Assembly: GCF_000018785.1 (NCBI RefSeq) | Contig: NC_010163.1 | Coordinates: 480,001-512,000 of the forward strand | Length of the DNA stretch: 32,000 nucleotides | From: Acholeplasma laidlawii PG-8A | Lineage (GTDB): Bacteria > Bacillota_I > Bacilli_A > Acholeplasmatales > Acholeplasmataceae | Reading direction: 5' to 3' | Part shown: one piece after another, positions 17,290 through 27,138 of the stretch | How positions within the stretch are numbered: the first letter of the stretch is position 1 | Layout of the letters: every line of letters starts with the position of its first letter | The notes under the pieces: model-generated | What the model saw: only the letters and a program-made list of their open reading frames with translations | What the model was told of the DNA's origin: nothing | The model's database searches: none | Translations under genes and position numbers: made by a program

Positions 17290-18064
17290 AGGTAAAATCT
17301 TTGCAGATATTTATATCTTTATCGTATTGCTTACAGTTTTAATACCGTTAATCTCAATGATTATATTCTCATTTAATCAATCAAATTCACTGATTGTATT
17401 TACAGGTTTCACATTTAATTGGTATGTAGATTTATTTACATCAAGATCTCTTAGGGAACCTATCTTAAATACATTATTAGTTGCAGGTATATCTACCATG
17501 GCAGCAGTCATTTTAGGTACTTTAGGCGCGATGGCCTTATCTAAACAAAATCGTCTATTTAGAGAAGTTGCATTATCTGTGAATAATATACCCATCCTTT
17601 CACCAGATATCTTAACTGCGGTTGCATTCTTTGTATTCTTAATCGCTTTTGGGATTGAACGCGGGCTGATGACTATGATTCTAGCCCATATATCTTTTTC
17701 AACACCTTACGCCCTTTTAGCAATTTATCCAAAAGTGCGTAGCTTAGATCCAAACCTTTTAGATGCTGCTTATGACTTAGGTGCAACACCAGGTAAAGCA
17801 TTATGGAAAGTGGTACTACCACAATTAAGAGGTTCTATTGTAGCAGGTGCTGCAATCGCATTTACAATGAGTTTTGACGATTATATTATTTCTAAGTTTG
17901 CTAGTGGAGAGTTAGTAAATAATATTTCAACCTATATGTATTCACAGTCACACGGTATTCGTCCAAACATTAACGCATTATCCACCATCATTATCTTTAT
18001 TATTGGCATCAAAGTCATTCTAGACTATGTCAATTTAAGAAATAAAAAACACGAGGAAGAGTAA
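17279..18064 (+). CDS. potC: Spermidine/putrescine ABC transporter permease
   Basis: Permease with loop LLDAAYDLGATPGKALWKVVLPQLRG and SFDDYIISKF. Confidence 0.9.
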   Translation: MKTKGKIFADIYIFIVLLTVLIPLISMIIFSFNQSNSLIVFTGFTFNWYVDLFTSRSLREPILNTLLVAGISTMAAVILGTLGAMALSKQNRLFREVALSVNNIPILSPDILTAVAFFVFLIAFGIERGLMTMILAHISFSTPYALLAIYPKVRSLDPNLLDAAYDLGATPGKALWKVVLPQLRGSIVAGAAIAFTMSFDDYIISKFASGELVNNISTYMYSQSHGIRPNINALSTIIIFIIGIKVILDYVNLRNKKHEEE

Positions 18065-18068
18065 AAAA

Positions 18069-19136
18069 ATGAAGAAAATATTTAGTTTAACATTTATTAT
18101 GGCAGCATTATTTATATTAAATGCTTGTACATCCAATGCATTAGTAATTTATATGCCAAAAGAATATATCTCAGAAGATCTAATTGATGCTTTTGAACAA
18201 GAAACAGGCATTCAAGTCGCACTACGTTACTTTGATTCAAACGAAGTACTACTAACAAATGCTAAAGTAAACTCATACGATTTAATTATTCCATCAGACT
18301 ATGCAATTGAAGAATTAGCAGCTGGGGATTATTTAAAACCACTTGATTGGGACCGTATTGACTTTGATAAAGCTGATTTTTCAGTGAATTTATCAAATGC
18401 AATTGACCAATTAAATACCGGTGGATTTGATATTTTAGAATATTCACTACCATATTTTTGGGGTACAGTTGGATTAATCTATAACAATACTAAAGCTGGC
18501 TTATATGAAGATCTTGTTGAAGAAGAATGGAATATCCTAAATAATCCAGACTATTCAAAAATGATTTATGATTCATCAAGAGATGCATTTATGGCGGCTC
18601 TATATGCTAATAATTTTGAAATGAAAAATGCAACATCAACTGAAATAAATGTTGCTAAAAACTGGTTAATTGATGCATACTCAAAATCAAATGCATCTAT
18701 AAAGTCAGATGAAATTTTAAGTGAAGCGATTGATAATAACACACCATATGATGTAGCAATGGTTTACTCAGGTGATGCGGTATACATCTTACAAGAAAAT
18801 GAAAAATATTCATACTTTGTACCAACTTGGACAAACGTATGGATTGATGGCTATGTTATTCCAAAAAATACTAAACATGAAGATTGGGCATATGAATTTA
18901 TCAACTTCATGTCCACTTATGATGCATTACTTGATAATGCAACAGAAATGGGTTATTCACCAATTTCTGAAGCAGTTTACCAAAACTTATATCAAGACGA
19001 AGAATTTAACTGGGACAATGACCGTATTGGTTATGCATTCTCAGTACCTTATACAAATTTTGAATTCTTTAGATATGATGTAGATTTAAAGAAATTAATG
19101 GATGATGCATGGGAACTTGTCATCTTAAGTAACTAA
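18069..19136 (+). CDS. potD: Spermidine/putrescine-binding lipoprotein
   Basis: Lipobox FILNAC, YDLIIPSDYAIEEL, LPYFWGTVGLIYN, and terminal position in the pot operon. Confidence 0.9.
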   Translation: MKKIFSLTFIMAALFILNACTSNALVIYMPKEYISEDLIDAFEQETGIQVALRYFDSNEVLLTNAKVNSYDLIIPSDYAIEELAAGDYLKPLDWDRIDFDKADFSVNLSNAIDQLNTGGFDILEYSLPYFWGTVGLIYNNTKAGLYEDLVEEEWNILNNPDYSKMIYDSSRDAFMAALYANNFEMKNATSTEINVAKNWLIDAYSKSNASIKSDEILSEAIDNNTPYDVAMVYSGDAVYILQENEKYSYFVPTWTNVWIDGYVIPKNTKHEDWAYEFINFMSTYDALLDNATEMGYSPISEAVYQNLYQDEEFNWDNDRIGYAFSVPYTNFEFFRYDVDLKKLMDDAWELVILSN

Positions 19137-19147
19137 ACCTAAATATA

Positions 19148-19190
19148 TAAACCTAATAGTAATCGATAAGATAAGTACTATTAGGTTTTT
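19148..19190 (+). terminator. Rho-independent terminator after potD
   Basis: 13-bp stem aaacctaatagta / tactattaggttt then a T run. Confidence 0.85.
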
Positions 19191-19277
19191 TTATTAAACA
19201 TAAATCATCGTGTATTATGTCACATAAGCGCATATTTATACCAGTTTTATGTTAAAATACATTTGAGGTAAATAATT

Positions 19278-19658
19278 ATGCAAAAGACACAAACACAATA
19301 TAAAAAACTAATGGAAGTGATGTATCAATATAGTTTACACAAGCATGTTGATTTTTTAGATTACACATTACTTGAAGATGCATCCAAAGAAGTTATTAAC
19401 GGCATGATAGATGAATTAGAACATGTAGATTTTTTAATTTCATCAACAATCAAAAACTACACAATTGATCGTTTAAATTTAGTAGATTTAGCAATTATTA
19501 GAGTCGCGGTATACGCACTTTTAAAAGAAATCGATCCGGCTGAAATCGTGATTAACGAAGCCATTGAATTATCCAAGGAATATACAGATTTAGATGATGA
19601 AAAGCAACACAAATTTAACAATAGTTTAATTGATAATATATATAAAAAAATTAAGTAG
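19278..19658 (+). CDS. nusB: Transcription antitermination factor NusB
   Basis: C-terminal motif NLVDLAIIRVAVYALL...EIDPAEIVINEAIELSKEY, position before xseA. Confidence 0.85.
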   Translation: MQKTQTQYKKLMEVMYQYSLHKHVDFLDYTLLEDASKEVINGMIDELEHVDFLISSTIKNYTIDRLNLVDLAIIRVAVYALLKEIDPAEIVINEAIELSKEYTDLDDEKQHKFNNSLIDNIYKKIK

Positions 19659-19663
19659 GGCAT

Positions 19664-21004
19664 ATGAACGAACAAAAGTATTTAAGCGTTTCGGCACTAA
19701 CTGAATATATTAAAGTCAAATTAGAAAATGATAACCATCTTAAACGCGTATTTTTAAAAGGTGAAATTTCAAATTTTACGCATCATGGTTCAGGACATCT
19801 GTATTTTTCATTAAAAGATGAAGATGCAGCAATCTCTGCAATGATGTTTAAAACGTATGCATCTACATTAAGTTTTAAACCTAAAGCAGGGGATAAAGTA
19901 TTAGTAGAAGGTTATATTTCTTTATATAAAGCACGTGGTACGTATAGTATCTCGATTTTTTCTATGACACTCGATGGTATTGGTGAGCTCTTCTTAAAAT
20001 ATGAACAAAATAGAAAGATGTTTCAAGAATTAGGCTATTTTGATGAATCACTAAAAAAACCTATTCCTAAGTTTCCTAAGATTATTGCAGTCATTACATC
20101 TGAAACTGGTGCAGTGATTCAAGATATAAAAACAACCATTTCAAGACGTTACTTACTCGCGAAAATTGAACTCTATCCTATTTTAGTTCAAGGTGAAGGT
20201 TCTAAAGACGATATTGTTAAAACACTAGCAAGAGTCAACAGAGAAAGTCAAGCAGATGTCATTATCTTAGGACGCGGTGGTGGGTCGATTGAAGACTTAT
20301 GGAGTTTTAATGAGGCTGAAGTCGTTGTTGCAATTCATCAGTCTAAAATACCTGTTATTACAGCAATAGGACATGAAACAGATACAACCCTATCTGATTA
20401 TGTTTCAGACTTACGTGCACCAACACCAACAGCTGCAGCAGAACTTGCTACACCGAATATGGCGGACTTAATTAAAGAAATAAAAGACAAAGTTCAATTA
20501 AGTCAGTACTATATGAATGAGCGTATAAAAAACTATACTGCATTAATACTTAATTTAGATGAAAGACTTGAACTAGCCAGTCCTAAATCCAAGTTAGAGT
20601 TAGAACATAAACAAATTGATAACTTAACATCTAAATTAACGTACTTTTATAAGTCAAAACTAACAGATAACTTAAATCAGGTCAGACTTTTAAGTCAAAG
20701 ACTTACGTCGCCTGATGAAAAAATAGAACGTTATAAAGAACGTATAGAAACATTAACATCCAGAATAAACCTTTTATATAAGAAGCAAGTAGACTTGAAA
20801 ACTTACGAATATCAATCAAGTCTAAAGCAACTACAAGGACTAGATCCATTACGTATTATGCAAAGAGGTTTCTCATTAACAACCAAAAATCAAAAAGTGA
20901 TTACAAGTATAGAACAAATCAATACGAATGATGAATTAGATATTCAATATAAAGATGGTACAGCCAAGGTTAAAGTATTAAGCAAGGAAGGTAAACACAT
21001 ATGA
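19664..21004 (+). CDS. xseA: Exodeoxyribonuclease VII large subunit
   Basis: LSVSALTEYIK, VKGEISNFTHHGSGHLYFSLKD, DVIILGRGGGSIEDLWSFNE, AIGHETDTTLSDYVSDLRAPTPTAAAEL. Confidence 0.95.
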   Translation: MNEQKYLSVSALTEYIKVKLENDNHLKRVFLKGEISNFTHHGSGHLYFSLKDEDAAISAMMFKTYASTLSFKPKAGDKVLVEGYISLYKARGTYSISIFSMTLDGIGELFLKYEQNRKMFQELGYFDESLKKPIPKFPKIIAVITSETGAVIQDIKTTISRRYLLAKIELYPILVQGEGSKDDIVKTLARVNRESQADVIILGRGGGSIEDLWSFNEAEVVVAIHQSKIPVITAIGHETDTTLSDYVSDLRAPTPTAAAELATPNMADLIKEIKDKVQLSQYYMNERIKNYTALILNLDERLELASPKSKLELEHKQIDNLTSKLTYFYKSKLTDNLNQVRLLSQRLTSPDEKIERYKERIETLTSRINLLYKKQVDLKTYEYQSSLKQLQGLDPLRIMQRGFSLTTKNQKVITSIEQINTNDELDIQYKDGTAKVKVLSKEGKHI

Positions 21005-21186
21005 GTGAAAAACTTACATTTGAAGAAACAATTAAAAAGTTAGAAGAAGTTGTTAAGCAACTTGAAAGTAAAGATATTTCTTTAGAACAATCTATTGAAA
21101 AATATCAAGAAGGATTGAAATTATCAAAATCATTATATGAAATGATTAAAGCGGCTGAAGCTTTAATTGTTGAAGTTAAATCTTGA
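21001..21186 (+). CDS. xseB: Exodeoxyribonuclease VII small subunit
   Basis: LTFEETIKKLEEVVKQLESKDISLEQSIEKYQEGLKLSK. Overlaps xseA. Confidence 0.93.
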   Translation: MSEKLTFEETIKKLEEVVKQLESKDISLEQSIEKYQEGLKLSKSLYEMIKAAEALIVEVKS

Positions 21187-21881
21187 GATTAGATAAATAT
21201 TTAACAGACCACTATAAAGACATTACACGTTCACAGTTTAGTGACTTTATTAAGCGTGGTTTTGTAACAATTGACGATAAAGTAATAACTAAACCATCTT
21301 TTGATGTACTTGAACACCACGTTGTGAAATTTAATAAAGACGACGTCTTTGTTTCACGTGGTGGTGAGAAGTTAGAACATGCAATTGATGTTTTTGGTAT
21401 AGATATTTCTAATAAAGTCGTCATCGATGTCGGTGCATCGACTGGTGGGTTTACTCAAAGTGTATTAAACCATGGGGCAAAACATGTCTATGCATATGAT
21501 GTAGGTACAGATCAGTTAGCAAAAAGCTTACGTAGTGATGTACGTGTCTCATCGTTTGAACAAACCAACATATTAGATGTTAATCTACCCGAAAATGATC
21601 TGATTGTTATAGATGTATCCTTTACATCGGTATTACCAATTTTAAGTCATGTCACACCTTTTGCAAAAGAGATCATCTTTTTACTTAAACCTCAATTTGA
21701 GACAACAAAGGATATGCTTAAAAAAGGTATATTAAAATCAGAAAAAGAAATATCTAAAATCATTGAAAAAACAACGCAACACTTAAAGTCATTATCATTA
21801 CAAATCTTAGGTTTTACACCAAGTCCAATAACCGGCAAAGATGGAAACCAAGAGTATTTAATTTACTGTACAAGGAGTTAA
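21183..21881 (+). CDS. tlyA: TlyA-family rRNA methyltransferase / hemolysin A family
   Basis: S4-like N-terminus, VSRGGEKLEHAIDVF, DVGASTGGFTQSVLNHGAKHVYAYDVG. TTG start overlapping the xseB stop. Confidence 0.9.
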   Translation: MRLDKYLTDHYKDITRSQFSDFIKRGFVTIDDKVITKPSFDVLEHHVVKFNKDDVFVSRGGEKLEHAIDVFGIDISNKVVIDVGASTGGFTQSVLNHGAKHVYAYDVGTDQLAKSLRSDVRVSSFEQTNILDVNLPENDLIVIDVSFTSVLPILSHVTPFAKEIIFLLKPQFETTKDMLKKGILKSEKEISKIIEKTTQHLKSLSLQILGFTPSPITGKDGNQEYLIYCTRS

Positions 21882-21884
21882 TAC

Positions 21885-23528
21885 ATGCTAAATTATCTAG
21901 AAGTTAAAAATTTCGCTTTAATTGATGATTTAAATATCGAGTTTAAGCATGGTTTAACATCATTAACTGGAGAAACTGGTAGTGGTAAATCGATTCTTTT
22001 AGAGTCTTTACAATTGTTATTTGGAAAGCGTTCAGATGCTGAGTATATTAGAACTGGTACAACTAAAGCAACCGTTCTAGGTAGATTTAGTCTAACACCA
22101 AATCAAGCAAGAGATTTAGACTTACCCAATGATATTACACTGAGTAGAGAAATAGACCAATCAGGTAGACATCTAGTAAAACTAAATGATGAAACAATCA
22201 CCCTTGCTAGACTTAGACAAATAACGAATAAGATTGGCTTAATTCATGGACAAAATGATACCTATCAATTACTAGATAAATCTACCTATGTATCTTTTAT
22301 TGACTTATTAAATCAAGTAGAAATCAACAAATTACTACAACATTATTTGCTCAAAAGAAGTACTTATTTAGATGCTTTAAAGGCATTTGAAAACCTAAAA
22401 AATAAGAAACAAGAAACCCAAGAACGCGCTGAATTTTTAAAGTTTCAAATCAACGAGTTAAAATCTTATAATCTAGTCTTAGGAGAAAAACAGGAATTAG
22501 AGGAAAAAGTTCAAAGATTAAAAAACTTTGATAGTATTCAGCAAGCACTAAAGCTAAGTTATGACACCTTTAATGGGCAATTTTTTCAAACAGATCTTTT
22601 ATATGATGCATACAAACAAATGTCTAAAATCTCTGTATATGATAATGAATTTAAAGAAATATCAAAACTTCTTGAAGAAAGTTATTATAACTTAGAAGAA
22701 GCTAAAAAAAGTGTTGAATCTTCTTTAGATAGTCTAGATTTTGATAGTGATGCATACAATAATTATCAAGAACGTTTGTATGAACTATCTAAAATAGAGA
22801 CGAAATATGCAAAATCAAATGATGACTTAGTGAAGTACTTAGAAGAAATGACCGATGAGTTATTAATGAGTCAAGACTTTGATGGCTATTTAAAAATAGC
22901 TAAATCAAAACTGGATACACATTATGATGAAGCTTACAAACTTGGTGAAAAACTAAGTAGTTATAGAAAAAAACTAGCACTTAAGCTAGAAAAAGAATTA
23001 ACTCAGTCCTTACATGAACTTGATTTAGAAAAGGCAGTTTTTAAAATTGAGTTTGAAGCCTTAAAACCTCAGATGGTATTAGGTGAGGATGGACTAGATT
23101 CAGTAGAGTTTATGATATCACTCAATGAAGGTGAACCCCTCAAAGCACTTGCTAAAGTAGCTAGTGGTGGTGAAAAAGCTAGATTTATGTTTGCATTAAA
23201 ATCTCTTTATGCCATAAATAGTGACTTAAGTCTCTTAGTTTTTGATGAGATTGACATTGGTATATCCGGAAAAACCGCAACAAAAATGGCAAATGTGATG
23301 AAACGCCATGCTAAAACGATGCAAATACTCGTGATAACACACTTACCACAAGTAGCTGCAAAGGCAGATTATCATTATGCAATCTATAAAGAATTAGTCG
23401 ATAAACGTATGCAAACTCAAATTAATATCCTAAACTTTGAAGAACGTACTTTAGCGATCGCTAGTATGTTATCTGATGATGAAATTACACCGTTTGCGAT
23501 TGAACAAGCTAAAAAATTATTATCATAA
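21885..23528 (+). CDS. recN: DNA repair protein RecN
   Basis: FKHGLTSLTGETGSGKSILLESL, VASGGEKARFMFALK, VFDEIDIGISGKTA, ITHLPQVAAKAD. Confidence 0.95.
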   Translation: MLNYLEVKNFALIDDLNIEFKHGLTSLTGETGSGKSILLESLQLLFGKRSDAEYIRTGTTKATVLGRFSLTPNQARDLDLPNDITLSREIDQSGRHLVKLNDETITLARLRQITNKIGLIHGQNDTYQLLDKSTYVSFIDLLNQVEINKLLQHYLLKRSTYLDALKAFENLKNKKQETQERAEFLKFQINELKSYNLVLGEKQELEEKVQRLKNFDSIQQALKLSYDTFNGQFFQTDLLYDAYKQMSKISVYDNEFKEISKLLEESYYNLEEAKKSVESSLDSLDFDSDAYNNYQERLYELSKIETKYAKSNDDLVKYLEEMTDELLMSQDFDGYLKIAKSKLDTHYDEAYKLGEKLSSYRKKLALKLEKELTQSLHELDLEKAVFKIEFEALKPQMVLGEDGLDSVEFMISLNEGEPLKALAKVASGGEKARFMFALKSLYAINSDLSLLVFDEIDIGISGKTATKMANVMKRHAKTMQILVITHLPQVAAKADYHYAIYKELVDKRMQTQINILNFEERTLAIASMLSDDEITPFAIEQAKKLLS

Positions 23529-23532
23529 TAAA

Positions 23533-23561
23533 AAAATGAACTTATAAAGTAAGTTCATTTT
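23533..23561. terminator. Bidirectional terminator between recN and the convergent small ORF
   Basis: 12-bp perfect stem aaaatgaactta / taagttcatttt with A/T flanks. Confidence 0.75.
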
Positions 23562-23583
23562 ATTTATTAAAAGGTATTGTTAA

Positions 23584-23763
23584 TTAACTAAAAAAGTTAA
23601 CGACTGCGATGATTGCACCAATTAAAATTACTGCAATTGTTCCGAAAATGATAAGCCCTATAACAATTTTTCCCCATAGAGATTCACTTGGATCTTTAAA
23701 TACGTATGTATCTTTCTTTGCAACTGGTTGTTGTTTTTTAGAAACAGAATTCTTTTTTGCCAT
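23584..23763 (-). CDS. Small single-pass membrane protein, 59 aa
   Basis: Minus-strand translation MAKKNSVSKKQQPVAKKDTYVFKDPSESLWGKIVIGLIIFGTIAVILIGAIIAVVNFFS*. ATG preceded by ggag 7 nt upstream. Not in the supplied ORF track. Confidence 0.75.
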   Translation of the reverse strand: MAKKNSVSKKQQPVAKKDTYVFKDPSESLWGKIVIGLIIFGTIAVILIGAIIAVVNFFS

Positions 23764-23831
23764 GTTATCACTCCAAAATAATTTGTCTTATGATATTATA
23801 CTATATAATATGTATTAAAGGAAGTTTTAAT

Positions 23832-24941
23832 TTGAAAAAATCATATAAAGTTATATTTCATATTGATTTAAACGCTTTCTACGCTACATGTGCCATGATT
23901 AAAGAGCCACATTTGAAGCATAGGGTTTTTGTTGTTGGTGGACAATCCTCTCAACCAAGAGGTGTTGTATCAACAGCAAGCTATAAAGCTAGAAAATATG
24001 GTATACATGCTGGCATGAGCATGTTAGACGCTTTAAATAAATTTCCCAGACTACTTATAGTACCTGTCGACTTTAAATTTTACAGAGAAATGTCTAACAA
24101 ATTTATGGAAGTTTTGGATGCTTATTCAGATTTAGTCCTTCAAGCATCCATTGATGAAGCGTTTTTAGATATGACCAAAGCATCTGAGGAGATACACCCA
24201 ATTAAGTTGGCTAAAAAGATTCAAAAGGAACTGGTTGATAAATACCAGTTACCAACATCTATTGGTATCGCACCAACATTATTTTTAGCCAAAATGGCAA
24301 GTGATATGAAAAAACCATTAGGTATTACGGTGTTAAGAAAAAGAGATGTAGAAAAGTTACTATATCCTTTAAGTGTTACTGACATTTATGGTATCGGTAA
24401 ACAAACATACCCAAAACTCATGGCACTTGGTATCAATACAATTAAAGACTTCATGGACTTATCCAACTTACCAAAGATTACACGTGTAATGAAAGAAGAA
24501 ACTTATTATAGTTTTAGAGAATATATTTTAGGTAATAGTTCAAATGTTGTTGATCCGGATAAATACCGCTTACCAAAATCTATTTCTGCTGAAACCACAT
24601 TTAATACAAATATGGATGAACCGTCCGTTATATTAGACATCATCATGTCACAACTAGATGAATCCTTAGTTAGACTAAAAAAATATAACATGCTTACAAA
24701 AACAGTTGGATTTAAACTCAAATCCAGTGATTTTAAATCCATTACCCGTTCTAAAACACTAGAAGATTATACAAATGATCCTGAAATTATCAAATATGAA
24801 CTGACATCACTTTTTGAAAATGAATTTGAAGGTGGGATTTATCGTTTAGCTGGTGCATCATTAAGTAACTTAATTTTACACAGTGATAATGAAATTCCTT
24901 TTAATCTGTTCACGTATGAAAAGTTTATCACTAAATTATGA
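23832..24941 (+). CDS. dinB: Y-family DNA polymerase (Pol IV / DinB-like)
   Basis: FHIDLNAFYATCAMI, YKARKYGIHAGMS, LQASIDEAFLDMT, IGIAPTLFLAKMASDMKKP. TTG 23832 with ggaag SD matches the family N-terminus. Confidence 0.9.
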   Translation: MKKSYKVIFHIDLNAFYATCAMIKEPHLKHRVFVVGGQSSQPRGVVSTASYKARKYGIHAGMSMLDALNKFPRLLIVPVDFKFYREMSNKFMEVLDAYSDLVLQASIDEAFLDMTKASEEIHPIKLAKKIQKELVDKYQLPTSIGIAPTLFLAKMASDMKKPLGITVLRKRDVEKLLYPLSVTDIYGIGKQTYPKLMALGINTIKDFMDLSNLPKITRVMKEETYYSFREYILGNSSNVVDPDKYRLPKSISAETTFNTNMDEPSVILDIIMSQLDESLVRLKKYNMLTKTVGFKLKSSDFKSITRSKTLEDYTNDPEIIKYELTSLFENEFEGGIYRLAGASLSNLILHSDNEIPFNLFTYEKFITKL

Positions 24942-24962
24942 TATAATTATGGAGGTGAAAAT

Positions 24963-26231
24963 ATGAAAATAAAAGAAATGCTTGAGAAATTAAAGTATAC
25001 TGAATTATCCCCAATACAAACTGAAGTCATTAAAAACTTTAATGATAAGCGACATATTGTGGGCTTAGCTCCAACTGGAACTGGTAAGACACATGCTTAT
25101 CTTTTTCCTGTTTTAGAAAACTTAAAAAGAGAACCTAATGTTGTAGAAGCAATCATCTTACTACCAACCAATGAACTTGTTATACAAGTTCAAAGTATGT
25201 TGTTGGAAACAGATGATACTGTAAGTTATAAATCATATTATGGTTCACAAGATATGCAAAGAGAAGCTGTAAAACTAAAAAACAGTCATCCAAATATCGT
25301 TATTACAACACCTTCAAAATTAATCGATTTAGTCATTCATAAAAATGCTTTAAATATTAAACATTTAGATTACTTCATACTAGATGAAGCAGATATGATG
25401 TTTGATGAAGATTTTATGAGTTTAATAGATCCTGTTTTAGCAAATCAAAAAATAGATAAATTTATGATATTTTCTGCAAGTATTACTAAAGCTATGGAAC
25501 CATTTATTGCAAAATACTTTGGAAACCACATCTTTATTGATACAAAGAGGGATACTACTTTAAATATTGATTACTACTTATTAAACATAAGAGAACAAAG
25601 ACTAGCAAGTTTAATGGATGTTATTAAACGTATTAATCCTTACTTAAGTATTATATTCGTAAGTAAAAATGAAGACATCAACACTGTCTATGAATATCTA
25701 TTAGAACAAGGTGTTAACGTTGTATCGTTCCAATCTAGTTTAGGCGTTAAACAAAGAAAACGTATTTTAGAAGATATTCATAATTTAAAATATCAATTTG
25801 TTGTATCAAGTGATTTATTAGCTCGTGGAATTGATTTTAAAGCAAGTCATATTATTCACTATGATTTACCATTTAAATTAGAGTTTTTCCTACATAGAAG
25901 TGGGCGTACAGCACGTATGGGTGATACTGGTGAAGTTTATACACTCTATGATGAAATGGATCAAAAAAAGATTGATAAATTGAGAAACCAAGGTATTGAT
26001 TTTATACCAATTACATTAACACCAGATGGTTTTAAAAAACCTAAAAAGAAATCAAAAACTTATGATAAAAAGATTGCTAACGCGATTAAAAAAATAGCCA
26101 AACCAAAGCGTGTCACACCAGGCTATAAGAAAAAACACGCGGAAAAAGTTAAAGCTGCAATTAAAAAGGTAAAGAAAGGTAGGTACAGGGATGCTGATCT
26201 TAGGAAGTCACGTAAGTCTCAAGGGGAATGA
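24963..26231 (+). CDS. DEAD-box RNA helicase
   Basis: Q motif, APTGTGKT, TPSKLIDL, DEAD, SAS, HRSGRTARMG, Lys-rich tail. Confidence 0.93.
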   Translation: MKIKEMLEKLKYTELSPIQTEVIKNFNDKRHIVGLAPTGTGKTHAYLFPVLENLKREPNVVEAIILLPTNELVIQVQSMLLETDDTVSYKSYYGSQDMQREAVKLKNSHPNIVITTPSKLIDLVIHKNALNIKHLDYFILDEADMMFDEDFMSLIDPVLANQKIDKFMIFSASITKAMEPFIAKYFGNHIFIDTKRDTTLNIDYYLLNIREQRLASLMDVIKRINPYLSIIFVSKNEDINTVYEYLLEQGVNVVSFQSSLGVKQRKRILEDIHNLKYQFVVSSDLLARGIDFKASHIIHYDLPFKLEFFLHRSGRTARMGDTGEVYTLYDEMDQKKIDKLRNQGIDFIPITLTPDGFKKPKKKSKTYDKKIANAIKKIAKPKRVTPGYKKKHAEKVKAAIKKVKKGRYRDADLRKSRKSQGE

Positions 26232-27075
26232 TATGTTCTATGGTAGTGTATTAGAGGCACTCGAATACAATGCAAATACCATGATGGTATATACCGGAGC
26301 CCCACAAAATACAATTAGAAAACCAATTGAAACAATGAAAATAGAAGAGGCGCATGCACTCATGAAGGAAAAAGGTATTGATTTAAATCATGTCGTGGTG
26401 CATGCACCTTACATTATTAATTTATGTAACCCAGATCCAGAACGTCGTGCATTTGCTGTTGAGTTTCTTACAAAAGAAGTCATTCGTGTTGGACAAATGG
26501 GCATTAACCAAATGGTTTTACACCCGGGTTCAGCAGTTGGTGGTAATAGAGAAGAAGCGGTTCAATGGATTAGTGAAGGCTTAAATCAAATTATCGATAA
26601 CACTAAATCATACAACGTCAGAATTGCTTTAGAAACGATGGCTGGAAAAGGCAATGAAATTGGTAAAACCTTTGAAGAAATCAAAGCAATCATAGATGGC
26701 GTTGATGATAAATCAAGAGTATCTGTTTGTTTTGATACATGTCACGTACATGATGCAGGTTATGATGTCATTCATGATCTAGATAAAACACTCCAATTAT
26801 TTGATGATATTGTAGGATTAAACTATATTTCTGTAGTCCACGTAAACGACTCTAAAAATGAATTAGGTGCTTCCAAAGACCGTCATGAAAATATCGGTTT
26901 TGGCTATATAGGTTATGACGCTTTACTAAAAGTGATTTATCATGAAGCATTTAAAGAGATTCCTAAAATACTAGAAACTCCGTATGTAAATGATAAACCA
27001 CCATACAAATTAGAAATTCAAATGATTAAAGATAGAGTATTTGATAACGAATTAAAAACAAAGCTAGAAAAATAA
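26191..27075 (+). CDS. nfo: Endonuclease IV
   Basis: LILGSHVSLKGN, VVHAPYIINL, MVLHPGSAVGG, ALETMAGKGNEIG, CFDTCHVHDAGYD, VHVNDSKNELGASKDRHENIGFGYIG. Overlaps the helicase by 41 nt. Confidence 0.95.
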   Translation: MLILGSHVSLKGNDMFYGSVLEALEYNANTMMVYTGAPQNTIRKPIETMKIEEAHALMKEKGIDLNHVVVHAPYIINLCNPDPERRAFAVEFLTKEVIRVGQMGINQMVLHPGSAVGGNREEAVQWISEGLNQIIDNTKSYNVRIALETMAGKGNEIGKTFEEIKAIIDGVDDKSRVSVCFDTCHVHDAGYDVIHDLDKTLQLFDDIVGLNYISVVHVNDSKNELGASKDRHENIGFGYIGYDALLKVIYHEAFKEIPKILETPYVNDKPPYKLEIQMIKDRVFDNELKTKLEK

Positions 27076-27077
27076 CA

Positions 27078-27106
27078 TTGAATTAACATTTTAATCATGT
27101 TATAAT
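27078..27106 (+). promoter_or_regulatory. Promoter upstream of the 216-aa anchored protein
   Basis: ttgaat (27078-27083), 17-bp spacer, TGt-tataat extended -10 (27101-27106). Confidence 0.6.
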
Positions 27107-27138
27107 TATATTTGCGAAAACTATAAGGAGAATTTGAC

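Noticed and set aside
18772-19083. Plus-strand ORF of 103 aa inside potD
   Set aside because: Shadow frame of the well-supported potD CDS; low-complexity translation and no family features.
23609-23818. Plus-strand 69-aa ORF after recN
   Set aside because: Antisense to the better-supported minus-strand membrane protein at 23584..23763, and overlaps the dinB promoter region.
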